Source: an uncultured Nitrososphaerota archaeon (GTDB taxonomy: Archaea > Thermoproteota > Nitrososphaeria > Nitrososphaerales > CADDZS01). From it: DNA of 64,000 bases. Shown in pieces: positions 43,066-53,273 of this stretch (position 1 is its first letter; the number at the start of each line of letters is the position of its first letter). A model generated the notes under the pieces. It was not told where the DNA came from. It saw only the letters and a program-made list of their open reading frames with translations, and did no database searches. The stretch lies in contig CAWCYI010000004.1 of NCBI GenBank assembly GCA_963799845.1, positions 1,920,001 through 1,984,000 on the forward strand, in the 5' to 3' direction. The position numbers and the translations under genes were made by a program.

Positions 43066-43215
43066 TTTACTAGTAAATTCGTGCGCGAATCCGTTACCTA
43101 ACCGAGCTATCATCTTGAAGAGTTACAATAGGGCTTGGATTTTTACTAGTAAATTGGTGCGGGGGTCCCACATTCCGCGCTTGGAATTATCTGTCGGTTG
43201 GTTTTTACTAGTAAA
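43066..43215 (+). repeat. palindrome/TCCCAC repeat, copy R5 (three perfect palindromes)
   Basis: TTTACTAGTAAA at 43066, 43142 and 43204; shares ACCGAGCTATCATCTTGAA with R3; GTGCGGGGG-TCCCAC core. Confidence 0.93.
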
Positions 43216-43310
43216 TCGTATCTCCTGATGGATCAGGGCTGCTTACAAAGGACCGTTTCTTAACAGATCTCGAGCATAGAAGAAACAAGTTCCAAATTTC
43301 GATTAGGCCT

Positions 43311-43895
43311 TTACCCCGCTTCCGGCTGCCATTGGCTCAGCGGTGTGAGTTTTATCTGAATCGATAGGTTGTACGCAACCGAAACCTCGCTGGCGTTTTG
43401 GACGAGCACTCGTCCGATGAGAGCCACCTTGCTATCCGGCGAAGTTATCTGCGTCACTCCATTTGGAACCGTTCCCTGCCAGCCGGGTCCGCTTATGAGG
43501 AAGTTGCCGGCCTGACCCCCAGTGGTGCGAGTACCAACGTAGGCAAAGTCATCGCCCCGCGAATCGACGAGCAGTATGTCATAGTATCTCCCGCCCATAT
43601 TAGGTACGCTCAGAATCTCTGGCCCCGTGCTGAGGTCGAGGACACCTGCAGTATAGAGTGTGGGTCCTTCACCCCTCACATATTGGTTTGAATTTGTGGA
43701 ATTGGGGCCGAAAAGGTCAGGCTGCGTGGAGAGAGTGTTGACAGGGAAGGGTCCCGCTCCGATGCCTTTCTGCATTACCCCCTGCTCCCATCCGTTATAG
43801 ATCAAAAGTGGAATTTCGTAGATGTAGATGAAGGTGCCTATTCCAAAGGTCAGGAGCAATACCACTGAGAAGACGAAGAGATTCTTGTGCTTCAT
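43311..43895 (-). CDS. DUF1254-domain protein
   Basis: TLY.AGVLDLS.GP.ILSVP.MGGRYY..YVGTRTTG..AGNFLI.GPGWQG. Confidence 0.85.
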   Translation of the reverse strand: MKHKNLFVFSVVLLLTFGIGTFIYIYEIPLLIYNGWEQGVMQKGIGAGPFPVNTLSTQPDLFGPNSTNSNQYVRGEGPTLYTAGVLDLSTGPEILSVPNMGGRYYDILLVDSRGDDFAYVGTRTTGGQAGNFLISGPGWQGTVPNGVTQITSPDSKVALIGRVLVQNASEVSVAYNLSIQIKLTPLSQWQPEAG

Positions 43896-43897
43896 GT

Positions 43898-44488
43898 TCA
43901 GCTCACCTCGACAACGGGCGGCGGCTTGTAGGAACCGTTCAGAATCGCCGGGCCGGGCAGGTAGACACGGAGAAATAGCAAGAAATCGCCGGTCGGCGCC
44001 GGCAGCCAATTCGATTCGTTGCCCGCCGGGGAAGTGTTCTGGATGTATATGTCGACGGATCCGTTGGCATTCGGTACGAGGCCAGAAGTACCGCTGACAT
44101 CATAGCGGTTGATGGAATTGTTCACGAGGGTTATATTGACGTGGTACATGGTAACAGCCCAAAAGGCGCTGTTAGGCGGCAGCTCTCCAGGCGGGAACTG
44201 TAGAATGTAGTCGTGCTGGCCGGTCAGCCTGTGACCTGAGCCATCGAAATATGCCTCCCAGTACACAGCTTCTTGAGGCACGTTGGCGCCTGGGAGAGCA
44301 GCGGCGCACACTGCCTGTTCAAGGATGTTGATCCCAACCTTCCCGCATTCCGTATAGGTGAACCAGCCATTGGATTTTGTCTGCATGGCAGAAGATTCCA
44401 ATGTGACGAGAGTACCACCGATTAAGAGTGCGAGCACCGCACCCACCGCGATTCCGGCCACACCCGATAAGATTGTTTTTCCTCGCAT
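43898..44488 (-). CDS. DUF1214-domain protein
   Basis: EAVY..L.G...Y.L.FPPGELPP..AFW.VTMY..NWLPAP.G.F.L.LRVYLP. Confidence 0.85.
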   Translation of the reverse strand: MRGKTILSGVAGIAVGAVLALLIGGTLVTLESSAMQTKSNGWFTYTECGKVGINILEQAVCAAALPGANVPQEAVYWEAYFDGSGHRLTGQHDYILQFPPGELPPNSAFWAVTMYHVNITLVNNSINRYDVSGTSGLVPNANGSVDIYIQNTSPAGNESNWLPAPTGDFLLFLRVYLPGPAILNGSYKPPPVVEVS

Positions 44489-45066
44489 GATTTGCGATCA
44501 TATTCTCCTATTAGCAAGACGTGTTTTCCTCTCATCTACATATAACAGGGGACATAATTCTCAAAAATGAGAACGGCATTTCCGGGGCACCCACTAAAGT
44601 AATGATTGTTCTTCCGCGCAATGAAATCGATCACATTCGGGATTGATAAGAAATCATCTGAGTTTCGTTCTGTTAAGATTCATCGGATTTTTTCGGTAGA
44701 TTTATCAATTTTCGGCCTGTCAGGGTGCGTACTGCGACTACTACGACTATTACAATTACAGTAAGTACAACGATTAAGATGATTCTACTTTGGGGAATCG
44801 TCGTCAACTCACATTCTCCTATCTAACAGAACATATATTGATCAAAAATTGTATTCTAAAAAGAAGTTCTAAACGTACAAATTCTGTACCTTTGTGGACA
44901 ACGTAGAATCCAATAAATTCGTGCCAATTATGCCCTAATTTTACTTCTAAGGCGAGAATCAATCGAATTTACCCGACTCTTTGTCGACTAGCTTTTAATC
45001 AAAAACTGGAAAAGAGCCTGCGGTGGAAGCCGCATAGAGTCTGAGAAAAAGGCCGAGCGTCGTCGT

Positions 45067-46863
45067 GTGGAGCGCTTTCTCAATCGCAGTTATCTTGGAA
45101 AATGGGCCTTCATCGGTACGCTTATCGGACTCGTAGCGGGTTTTGGTGCTACAGTATTTTACTTTGCGATCCAAATAGTCTCCAACACGATGTTAGGCGG
45201 GATAACGGGGTTTTATCCTCCCAATCCCGTGGGAGAAGCGCCGGCTCCTATTTCAGTAAACCCGCATTTCTTGCTTATTCCAATTTCAACGGCTATCGGT
45301 GGATTGATCGCAGGGCTGCTAGTTTTTGGTTTGGCGCCCGAAGCGGAAGGGCATGGAACCGATGCTGCAATTGATGCATATCACAATAAGGGCGGTATCA
45401 TTCGGCGACGTGTTCCGATCATAAAGACGATTGCGTCAGCGTTCACAATAGGCAGTGGGGGAAGTGCGGGAAGGGAGGGCCCTACCGCGCAGATTGCTGC
45501 TGGCTTTGGTTCGATGATCGGAGAGATTTTTGGATTATCTGCTAAGGACAGGAGGATCGCTCTAGCTGCGGGAATTGGGGCAGGCATCGGATCGATTTTC
45601 AAATCTCCGTTTGGCGGAGCGATACTGAGTGCGGAAATTCTGTACAGCGGCGGCGACATCGAGGCAGAAACTTTGATTCCAGCTTTCATCGCAACCCCGA
45701 TAGGTTACGTCATTTTTGGGTCATTCACCGGATTCACTCCGATATTCGGGACTGGAATTACATACAATTTTACTCATCCTTTCAACCTGATTTTCTACGC
45801 GATACTCGGTGTACTTTGCGCAGGAGTGGGAAGGTTCTACACTTTGACCTTCTACACCGTCAAAAATTTTTTTGATGTGTCGAAGATTCCGAAGTACGTA
45901 AGACCGATGATCGGTGCAGCAATTTGCGGAATAATTGGAATTTTCTTTCCAGAGGTAATCGGGTTGGGTTACGGATTTTTGCAATTTGCTATTGACGGGA
46001 ACTTTAGTTCGATTACAACCAACTACGTTGCATTACCAGTCATCCTCGTTTTGCTGCTCGTCGTATTCTTGAAAATTTTTGCTACTTCTTTCACGGTGGG
46101 TTCTGGAGGAAGTGGAGGAGTGTTCGCTCCCTCTCTCGCAATTGGGGGATTCCTAGGCGCAGCTATGTGGATGGTTGTTCAGAATTTCTTTCCGAATCTT
46201 ATTCCAATCCCAGCTCCTCTTGTCATCGTCGGAATGATGGCTCTCTTTGCAGGAGTAGGCCGAGTTCCCATCGCCGTAATTCTAATGGTCAGCGAAATGA
46301 CAGGTAACCTATCGCTGCTGGCTCCTTCGATGATTGCAGTTGTGACCTCATACTATTTGACTGGCTCAAAATACACCATTTATCACAGCCAGGTCGAGAC
46401 GAGGGCGGACTCACCCGCACACATGGGAGAGTACAATGTTCCGCTGATGACTAGGATATTTGTTTCCGAGGCTATGAACAAGGATGTACAGAGTCTGAAC
46501 GAAGATGATTCTGTTCAAAGAGCTAATCAGCTGATTCTTGAAAAAGGCTTCAAGGGAATTCCTATAGTATCCAAAGAAGGGAAAGTTACGGGCATGGTCA
46601 CGCTGAAAGATGTGGAACGCATCCCAAGAGAAAAATCTGCTTCAACAAAACTTGCAGAAATAATGACTCAAAACGTCATATCGGTCGGACAGAACGAAAC
46701 ACTCCTTGATGCTATGAGGAAAATGACGATAAATGAAGTGGGTCAGCTTCCCGTTGTCGACAAATCGACTGGAGCACTTTTAGGAATAATAAGCCGGACC
46801 GATCTTTTGCGAGCTTACGATAAAAGAATCTCCGTCGATGATGAATCGACTGCTCGTAAATGA
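45067..46863 (+). CDS. clc: CLC chloride channel or Cl-/H+ antiporter with CBS pair
   Basis: GHG, GREGP, GGVFAP motifs; two C-terminal CBS domains. Confidence 0.93.
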   Translation: MERFLNRSYLGKWAFIGTLIGLVAGFGATVFYFAIQIVSNTMLGGITGFYPPNPVGEAPAPISVNPHFLLIPISTAIGGLIAGLLVFGLAPEAEGHGTDAAIDAYHNKGGIIRRRVPIIKTIASAFTIGSGGSAGREGPTAQIAAGFGSMIGEIFGLSAKDRRIALAAGIGAGIGSIFKSPFGGAILSAEILYSGGDIEAETLIPAFIATPIGYVIFGSFTGFTPIFGTGITYNFTHPFNLIFYAILGVLCAGVGRFYTLTFYTVKNFFDVSKIPKYVRPMIGAAICGIIGIFFPEVIGLGYGFLQFAIDGNFSSITTNYVALPVILVLLLVVFLKIFATSFTVGSGGSGGVFAPSLAIGGFLGAAMWMVVQNFFPNLIPIPAPLVIVGMMALFAGVGRVPIAVILMVSEMTGNLSLLAPSMIAVVTSYYLTGSKYTIYHSQVETRADSPAHMGEYNVPLMTRIFVSEAMNKDVQSLNEDDSVQRANQLILEKGFKGIPIVSKEGKVTGMVTLKDVERIPREKSASTKLAEIMTQNVISVGQNETLLDAMRKMTINEVGQLPVVDKSTGALLGIISRTDLLRAYDKRISVDDESTARK

Positions 46864-46979
46864 GATTAAAATGGCAACATGCTGGAGGGCTGATGTCAAC
46901 TTGCGAACCTTATGATTCCGTCCGAGCTCGGGGATACGGTTTTGAATAATAGAAACTAGCAGGTCGTACAGAAGCCAAC

Positions 46980-49487
46980 TTGGGTAGTATCACTCCTTCC
47001 GAGGGGAAGGATCTTCCTGTCGCAGAACTGCTCAAGAGACTTGCAACGACCGAAAAGGGGCTCTCCTCTTCAGAAGCAGTCAAAAGGCTCCAGCAATATG
47101 GAGCGAACGAGATAGTTGAAAAGAAGCGCTCCGCGATACTCATTTTCCTACGCTATTTTTGGGGACCCATTCCCTGGATGATAGAAGCGGCAGCGATCAT
47201 CTCGGCATTCTTGCAGAACTGGGACGACCTAGTTATCATCACCGCGCTCTTGGTGGTAAATGTCATTGTTAGGACGTGGCAGGAGAACAAGGCCAGCAAT
47301 GCAATCGAGCTGCTGAAACAGAGGCTTGCCCTTAGGGCGAAAGTACTGCGGGATGGAAAGTGGGCTGATCTTCCTGCAAAAGAGCTCGTTCCCGGAGATA
47401 TAGTACGTCTACGCCTCGGGAATATTGTTCCCGCAGACACAAAGCTTGTTGACGGTACATATCTTCAGATCGACGAATCAGCTTTAACCGGAGAATCTCT
47501 GCCCGTGGAGAAGCATCCGGGCGATGTTGCCTTCTCATCCTCTATTGTTCGACAGGGTGAGATGAACGCTCTTGTGGTTACGACGGGGATGAACACCTAC
47601 TTTGGACGGACCACCAAGCTGGTTGAGGAAGCTCAAACAAAAAGCCATTTCCAAGGAGCGGTGGTGAAGATCGGTGACTATCTTATCGCGCTTGCCGCAG
47701 TCATGGTAACGATAACGTCAATCGTCGGTCTCATCCGTCAGCAGGGACCTCTCGAAATCCTTCAGTTCGGACTCGTCCTGATCATTGCAGCAATCCCGGC
47801 GGCGATGCCGGCCGTCCTCTCTGTTTGCATGACGGTGGGAGCATCGGCATTAGCGAAGAAAGATGCCATAGTCAGCAAGCTGGTTGCCATAGACGAGATG
47901 GCGGGCGTGGATATTCTATGCGCGGACAAGACAGGCACTATCACGAAGAACGCGCTTACTGTAAGCGAAACGAAGACCTTCAAAAAATATACGGAAAACG
48001 ATATCCTGCTTTTTGCAACCCTTGCCTCAAGGGAGGAAGACAACGATCCTATCGACGACACGATCATAATGAAAGCCAAGAGATTGAACGAGATGCCCGC
48101 GTCGATAGCAAGTTACAAAGTTTCGTCCTTCAAGCCGTTCGACCCCGTGTCAAAACGAACGGAGGCCACGGTGGAAGGCAAAGACGGCAATGTCTTTCAG
48201 ATTACAAAGGGAGCACCCCAAGTGGTTTTGTCTCTCGTCCATGACAAAGACATCGAGGGAGTCGTGAACGAGGATGTCAACAGCTTCGCCGAGAAGGGAT
48301 ATCGCGCCCTAGGTGTGGCAAGAACCGACGGCGAGAAGAACTGGCAATTTGTCGGGCTTATAGCGCTCTCCGATCCCCCGCGGGAAGATTCGGCCGCCAC
48401 GATAAAGACTGCACAATCGATGGGAATAGATGTGAAAATGGTCACAGGCGACCACATGGCCATAGCCAAGGAAGTCTCACAGCAAGTGGGGCTGGGAACA
48501 AATATTGTCACATCGTCGTCTATCCTAGACAAATCAGACAGTGAAGCAGAATCAGTGGTAGAGAAAGCCGATGGTTTCGCGGAGGTTTTTCCAGAGCACA
48601 AGTATCGCATCGTCGACCTTCTGCAGAAGAAAGGGCACATCGTCTGCATGACCGGGGACGGCGTCAACGATGCTCCCGCCCTAAAGAAGGCTGATTGCGG
48701 GATAGCAGTGGCCGGGGCTACTGACGCTGCAAAGTCTGCCGCTGCCGTAGTCTTGACGAAGCCCGGTCTCTCCGTGATCATCGATGCCGTGACGGGGAGT
48801 CGGGAGATATTCCAGCGAATGACTAACTATACGATCTATCGCATTAACGAAACATTCCGGGTACTATTCTTCATTTCACTTTCAATCATCGTGTTCAAGC
48901 TCTACCCGGTCACTGCGTTGATGATTGTTCTACTTGCTCTCCTCAACGACATGCCTATCATGACGATAGCCTATGACAATGTCAAGATCTCCCAAAAGCC
49001 AGAGAAGTGGAACATGCGTACATTGTTGGGAATCTCATCATTTCTGGGAATTATCGGGACAGCATCGTCCTTCGGAATGCTCATTATCGGGCTTGAAGTT
49101 CTGCACTTGAATCCGCTGGTTCTCCAGTCGTTCATATATCTCAAGCTGTCCGTGGCGGGGCACCTTGCGCTGTTTGTGGCTCGGACAAAGGGACCATTTT
49201 GGTCTGTGAAACCTTCAAGATCGTTGCTCCTCGCTGTCATATTGACTCAGCTGACGGCGACACTGATCACAGTTTATGGCATTCTTTTGCCCGCCATGGG
49301 GTGGGAGCTATCAGCAATTGTCTGGGGATACGCATTGGCATTCTTTTTTGTTCAAGATTTCCTCAAGGTTCGATTCTACAAGTTACTTAATCACGAAGGA
49401 GGATTCTTTCAAATGAAGAAAATTGAATTACAATTGAGTTCTCAGCTTATGGGAATTCATTTCTTTCTGAGGAATTTCTTCAGATGA
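46980..49487 (+). CDS. P-type IIIA plasma-membrane H+-exporting ATPase
   Basis: FWGPIPWMIE, TGES, DKTGT, PFDPVSKRT, KGAP, GDGVNDAPALKKAD, LLND. Confidence 0.95.
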   Translation: MGSITPSEGKDLPVAELLKRLATTEKGLSSSEAVKRLQQYGANEIVEKKRSAILIFLRYFWGPIPWMIEAAAIISAFLQNWDDLVIITALLVVNVIVRTWQENKASNAIELLKQRLALRAKVLRDGKWADLPAKELVPGDIVRLRLGNIVPADTKLVDGTYLQIDESALTGESLPVEKHPGDVAFSSSIVRQGEMNALVVTTGMNTYFGRTTKLVEEAQTKSHFQGAVVKIGDYLIALAAVMVTITSIVGLIRQQGPLEILQFGLVLIIAAIPAAMPAVLSVCMTVGASALAKKDAIVSKLVAIDEMAGVDILCADKTGTITKNALTVSETKTFKKYTENDILLFATLASREEDNDPIDDTIIMKAKRLNEMPASIASYKVSSFKPFDPVSKRTEATVEGKDGNVFQITKGAPQVVLSLVHDKDIEGVVNEDVNSFAEKGYRALGVARTDGEKNWQFVGLIALSDPPREDSAATIKTAQSMGIDVKMVTGDHMAIAKEVSQQVGLGTNIVTSSSILDKSDSEAESVVEKADGFAEVFPEHKYRIVDLLQKKGHIVCMTGDGVNDAPALKKADCGIAVAGATDAAKSAAAVVLTKPGLSVIIDAVTGSREIFQRMTNYTIYRINETFRVLFFISLSIIVFKLYPVTALMIVLLALLNDMPIMTIAYDNVKISQKPEKWNMRTLLGISSFLGIIGTASSFGMLIIGLEVLHLNPLVLQSFIYLKLSVAGHLALFVARTKGPFWSVKPSRSLLLAVILTQLTATLITVYGILLPAMGWELSAIVWGYALAFFFVQDFLKVRFYKLLNHEGGFFQMKKIELQLSSQLMGIHFFLRNFFR

Positions 49488-49606
49488 CCAAGCACCCTCC
49501 AACTAGAGAATCCTTCGCTCGGGACCGACTATCCCAACTATAACCTGTGACCAGAGAGCTGAAGTGTCAGCACCTCGAAGAAGCGACTCAAAGAGGCTCC
49601 GGGATG

Positions 49607-49855
49607 TTAGCAGTCAGTCGACCATCCCCACTTATCTGTTTGAACGCTGAGAAAATTGGTAGTTGCGTGAACTTCCCCAAAACCGAATACTTGGCACGAT
49701 AATGAGACTGTCGCATTTACACCAACTAATCCGAAATAATTCACATTAGTTACCTGAACGATAGGAACAAGAAAAAAGAATCCAAGAAGTAAAATAAAAA
49801 CTCCAGCAATCGCAATATTTCTTGCGGCATGAGATTTTGGCTTTGGGGTGTCCAT
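49607..49855 (-). CDS. small membrane-anchored protein
   Basis: single N-terminal TM. Confidence 0.45.
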   Translation of the reverse strand: MDTPKPKSHAARNIAIAGVFILLLGFFFLVPIVQVTNVNYFGLVGVNATVSLSCQVFGFGEVHATTNFLSVQTDKWGWSTDC

Positions 49856-50312
49856 TACTCCCAGCTTAGATTTACACTATGAACAGTCCTTTCGCAATAA
49901 AGAATTTTCCATCCCTGATCGCCAGAAAATTGAATGTCACAGCAGGCTGTATATTCATAACCGATTTTAGATACCTGCCATAACAGTTGAACTCGGACGT
50001 TAGAAATGGTCTAGTGCTTATTCTGCTATCGGTCGTCATTTACATCTTAGACCGTGAGTATTTTGCATTTCTCAGTGCCGTATTATTTTTGGTTGGAATA
50101 ATGTTCATGATCGGCGGTTTTTGGCAAAACTCTGGAAAAAAGCGAACTTCCTGACTGTTCCTGTCAGTCTATTAATTATTTTTAAGACGCTCAGTTGTCG
50201 CTTTCGAAGGTTAATGATTCGGAGGCTTAAGAGAGGAATATTCCGTTATCATTCTTGATAATTGTATTCGTACCTTAAGTAACAACATACGCCTTCGTCA
50301 CGATGAACAGAA

Positions 50313-50837
50313 TTGATGGTCGATTCTACCGAAAAAGCAGGAACAAAACGTGCAATAGTAATCTTCACTAGCAGATATGGTAACACGGAAAAGGTCGCGA
50401 GATCCTTTGAAAGGGGACTCGAAGAAGCAGGTATTGAAACCGTTTGTGTCAATGCAATCGACGCGCCAGTCGATTCGCTAACAGAGTTCGATCTGATTTG
50501 TTTAGGTGCTCCGACGGAGTGGCACTCGGCTTCAAAACCAATGAAAGCTTTTCTTGAAAATCTCAAGAACGTTGATCTTAATGGAAAGTTTGGCTTCGCC
50601 TTCGATACGAGATTTGAGGCCCCTCTCTCCGGAAGTGCAGCGAAGGGGATTGAAAAGGAACTTGACCGTTGCGGTCTGGAGATGATCGCTCCCCGCGAAT
50701 CAGCCCTTATCCTCGGCAGACAGAAGGGCGAAAAGGGGAATGTGAAACTAAAGGATGGAGAAGATGAACGATTTGAGCAGATCGGCCATCAGGTTGGAAC
50801 CATGCTTGCGGCAAAGGAAAAGACGATCCCGGCATGA
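50313..50837 (+). CDS. flavodoxin-family protein
   Basis: SRYGNTEKVA, GAPT, AFDTR. Confidence 0.88.
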   Translation: MMVDSTEKAGTKRAIVIFTSRYGNTEKVARSFERGLEEAGIETVCVNAIDAPVDSLTEFDLICLGAPTEWHSASKPMKAFLENLKNVDLNGKFGFAFDTRFEAPLSGSAAKGIEKELDRCGLEMIAPRESALILGRQKGEKGNVKLKDGEDERFEQIGHQVGTMLAAKEKTIPA

Positions 50838-51637
50838 TTAAAGAACAGGTCACGAGTACCGAAGCTGCAGACTCAGCTTGGGGAGAGCTTTACGAAATCG
50901 GCGGATATGCCGCCCTAATGGCTCTCGCGGTCGTATTGATCGAGGGTCTCATAGTCGTTATCATCCAAGATGTCTGGTTGCATTCGGGGCAGTTCGGCGC
51001 GAGTTTCGGTGACCAACCCAGCACAGTAATTGGGTGGTTCGAGCTGTTTCAGAGTAATCGACTCATCGGACTCCTCGACGATGCTATCCTGGACATTGCC
51101 GTTGTCGCCCTACTGGGCCCGGTGTTTCTTGCCCTCTTTGCCGCGCTGAGGCGAACCAATCAATCTTGGATGGTAGTCGCAACACCCCTTGCGTTCGCAG
51201 GCATAGCAGCTTACGTAGCAACTAATACGAGCCTCTCTTTACTTTACGTCAGCGACCAATATGCAGCTGCAACAACGGAGGCACAGAAGTCTCTCCTGCT
51301 TGCAGCTGGTCAGGCGACAATTGCTGTGGGCGGGGGCGGCCTGTTTTGGAGTACAGGATTCATTTTAGTGGCGGTTGCGGGACTGATCGTCGCAGCAGTC
51401 ATGCGCAGAGGCAAGCTCTTCGGCATAGCAACCGCTTGGGTGGGAATCCTCGCAAATGGATTATTTCTAGTCAATTACATCGCCTCCGTCTTTGTGTCAG
51501 CTACATCCAATGTGTCAACAATCCTCGTCGGTTGTGCCACGATTTTGATGTTCGTCTGGTGGATCCTGATTGCGAGAAAGTTATTCCAGCTTGGGCGAAA
51601 CGCCCCGATGGTAACCGAAACAGATCCAAGAATTTAG
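50834..51637 (+). CDS. multi-pass membrane protein (DUF4386-like)
   Basis: about 6 TMs; SDQYAAATTEAQKSLLLAAGQA. Confidence 0.7.
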   Translation: MIKEQVTSTEAADSAWGELYEIGGYAALMALAVVLIEGLIVVIIQDVWLHSGQFGASFGDQPSTVIGWFELFQSNRLIGLLDDAILDIAVVALLGPVFLALFAALRRTNQSWMVVATPLAFAGIAAYVATNTSLSLLYVSDQYAAATTEAQKSLLLAAGQATIAVGGGGLFWSTGFILVAVAGLIVAAVMRRGKLFGIATAWVGILANGLFLVNYIASVFVSATSNVSTILVGCATILMFVWWILIARKLFQLGRNAPMVTETDPRI

Positions 51638-51719
51638 AACGTGCGCCAGTCCCTATCAGGGGGATTTCCGCTTCCTAACCGACATGGAACGTGAAGTCCA
51701 TTTCTTGTTTCACTTGTAT

Positions 51720-51767
51720 TATGCTAGTAAATTCGTGCGGGGTCTCCATCTCGCACTCGGGATTTAC
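51720..51767 (+). repeat. degenerate repeat copy R6
   Basis: TATGCTAGTAAA-TTCGTGCGGGG-TCTCC-ATCTCGCAC-TCGGGA-TTTAC. Confidence 0.85.
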
Positions 51768-52090
51768 CGCTTTTCTTGTTCGAACCCCGTTCGGAACCGA
51801 CGATTTCGCTAGATGCTTTGTTTCTCTTATTATTTGCCTAAACCAATATTCTGACAAGAGCTCAAGTTCGCCGATCTTGTGGAATATCTGAGGGTTCAAA
51901 GTCCGTTGGATATATCCTGATTTCGGTTCGACTTTGTTCTTCACTTACGAGAAGCTCGCTGATAATTAACTATGCAGTATTACTGGGTTGTTTAATGGGG
52001 AAGAACTTTCTGTAAGGTAGGAGCAAACCAACAACCAGGATTGCGGCGATCATGATAGAACCATAGTCCACGTATCTAAGAACACGATAG

Positions 52091-52459
52091 TCATTTGCAA
52101 AATCCAGAAGGAAGAGCACGGGCACAAACCCACGTCAAGTACCATGCCCACACCTCACCATTCCTATAAGCCGTCGCTGAAACAATCATGATGAAGGCCC
52201 CGAGGCCCGCGCTGAAGATCGCAAGGATCGTGATTAGATAGTAAATGTAATTGGCTACACCTGGACTCGACACGGCTAGCTGAGAAAATGGGGCGCCAGT
52301 CAGGGTCTCGACGGCATTTTCCGCGCCAGTGAGGATTCCAGGAGATAGGATTGTGGCGGACATGGAGAGCAGGAAGAATAGACCCATCACGAATGGAATT
52401 ATCCACGCATACTTTTCATACGCTTTCTCCCTTCGAATTACAGCCATGAAACTTAGCAA
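52091..52459 (-). pseudogene. membrane protein, probably frameshifted near the 3' end
   Basis: YRNGEVWAWY after the TMs; hydrophobic continuation downstream in another frame. Confidence 0.5.
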
Positions 52460-52491
52460 CTGATGATCGTTATTTTATCCTTTGGCAAGAT

Positions 52492-53037
52492 TTGCCGCGA
52501 CAAAGGGACTGCTTAAAGCCGAGAGCCATTAGCTTCGTAGTAATGCCAAGTGAAGGAATAGAATCCATCAACGAAGAGAACGCGCATTTGGTTGTACCCA
52601 AAATAAAAATGGGTGCGATATGTCAGATTGGAATCGTTGTCAGGGATTTGCAAAAGGCGGTGGACAATTATTGGGAGAAATTGGGAATCGGCCCTTGGAT
52701 GACAGTCAGAATCGAGCCACCGCTCCTCAGGGATGTGAGCTTGCGGGGGAAACCCGTTGAGGCCTCAATGATGGCGGCAATTGCACAGAGTGGTAGCATC
52801 CAGCTGGAACTGATACAGCCCCTTGAAGGCCCAAACATCTGGAAGGAGTTCCTGGAGGAACGGGGTGGGGGCCTCCATCACGTCCAGTCGCTTGATCAGG
52901 ACGCTAATGCGGCGCTCGCCACGTTTAGAGAAATGGGAGTCGACGTGCTCATGAGTGGCAGGATTGGTGACAACATATTCTACTACATGGATACTGAGCC
53001 GCTTCTGGGAACCATCTATGAGTTCATAGGACACTGA
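52492..53037 (+). CDS. VOC-family (methylmalonyl-CoA epimerase-like) protein
   Basis: QIGIVVRDL, ELIQP, FLEERGGGLHHV. Confidence 0.88.
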   Translation: MPRQRDCLKPRAISFVVMPSEGIESINEENAHLVVPKIKMGAICQIGIVVRDLQKAVDNYWEKLGIGPWMTVRIEPPLLRDVSLRGKPVEASMMAAIAQSGSIQLELIQPLEGPNIWKEFLEERGGGLHHVQSLDQDANAALATFREMGVDVLMSGRIGDNIFYYMDTEPLLGTIYEFIGH

Positions 53038-53174
53038 TTTGCGAGGGTTATGATCGAATCTAGGGCGACTCGCATGTAACCTAGAATACGCCAAGATCTT
53101 TTGGGGTAACAAAGGCCTATCTCCATTAAGGAGAGCTTCCTAGAGGTATGCGGGTTTGCCAACGGGGTTGCATT

Positions 53175-53212
53175 TTTACTAGTAAATTCGTGCGGGGGTC
53201 CCACCCTCCGCA
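53175..53212 (+). repeat. repeat copy R7, putative att junction of the integrated element
   Basis: TTTACTAGTAAA-TTCGTGCGGGGG-TCCCAC-CCTCCGCA; right half differs from the other copies and resembles a tRNA-Leu 3' end; 61 bp before the integrase. Confidence 0.8.
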
Positions 53213-53273
53213 TCTATATACATGCTGAGGACAGCAAATATTATCAATTCATAACGCTTGGCTCTGCAACGAT

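Noticed and set aside
27246-53212. TTTACTAGTAAA repeats as a CRISPR array
   Set aside because: Copies are kilobases apart and in both orientations, the sequence between palindromes is conserved rather than unique, and no cas genes are present.
53175-53212. Intact tRNA gene
   Set aside because: Only about 14 nt resemble a tRNA 3' end; there is no D or anticodon arm upstream.
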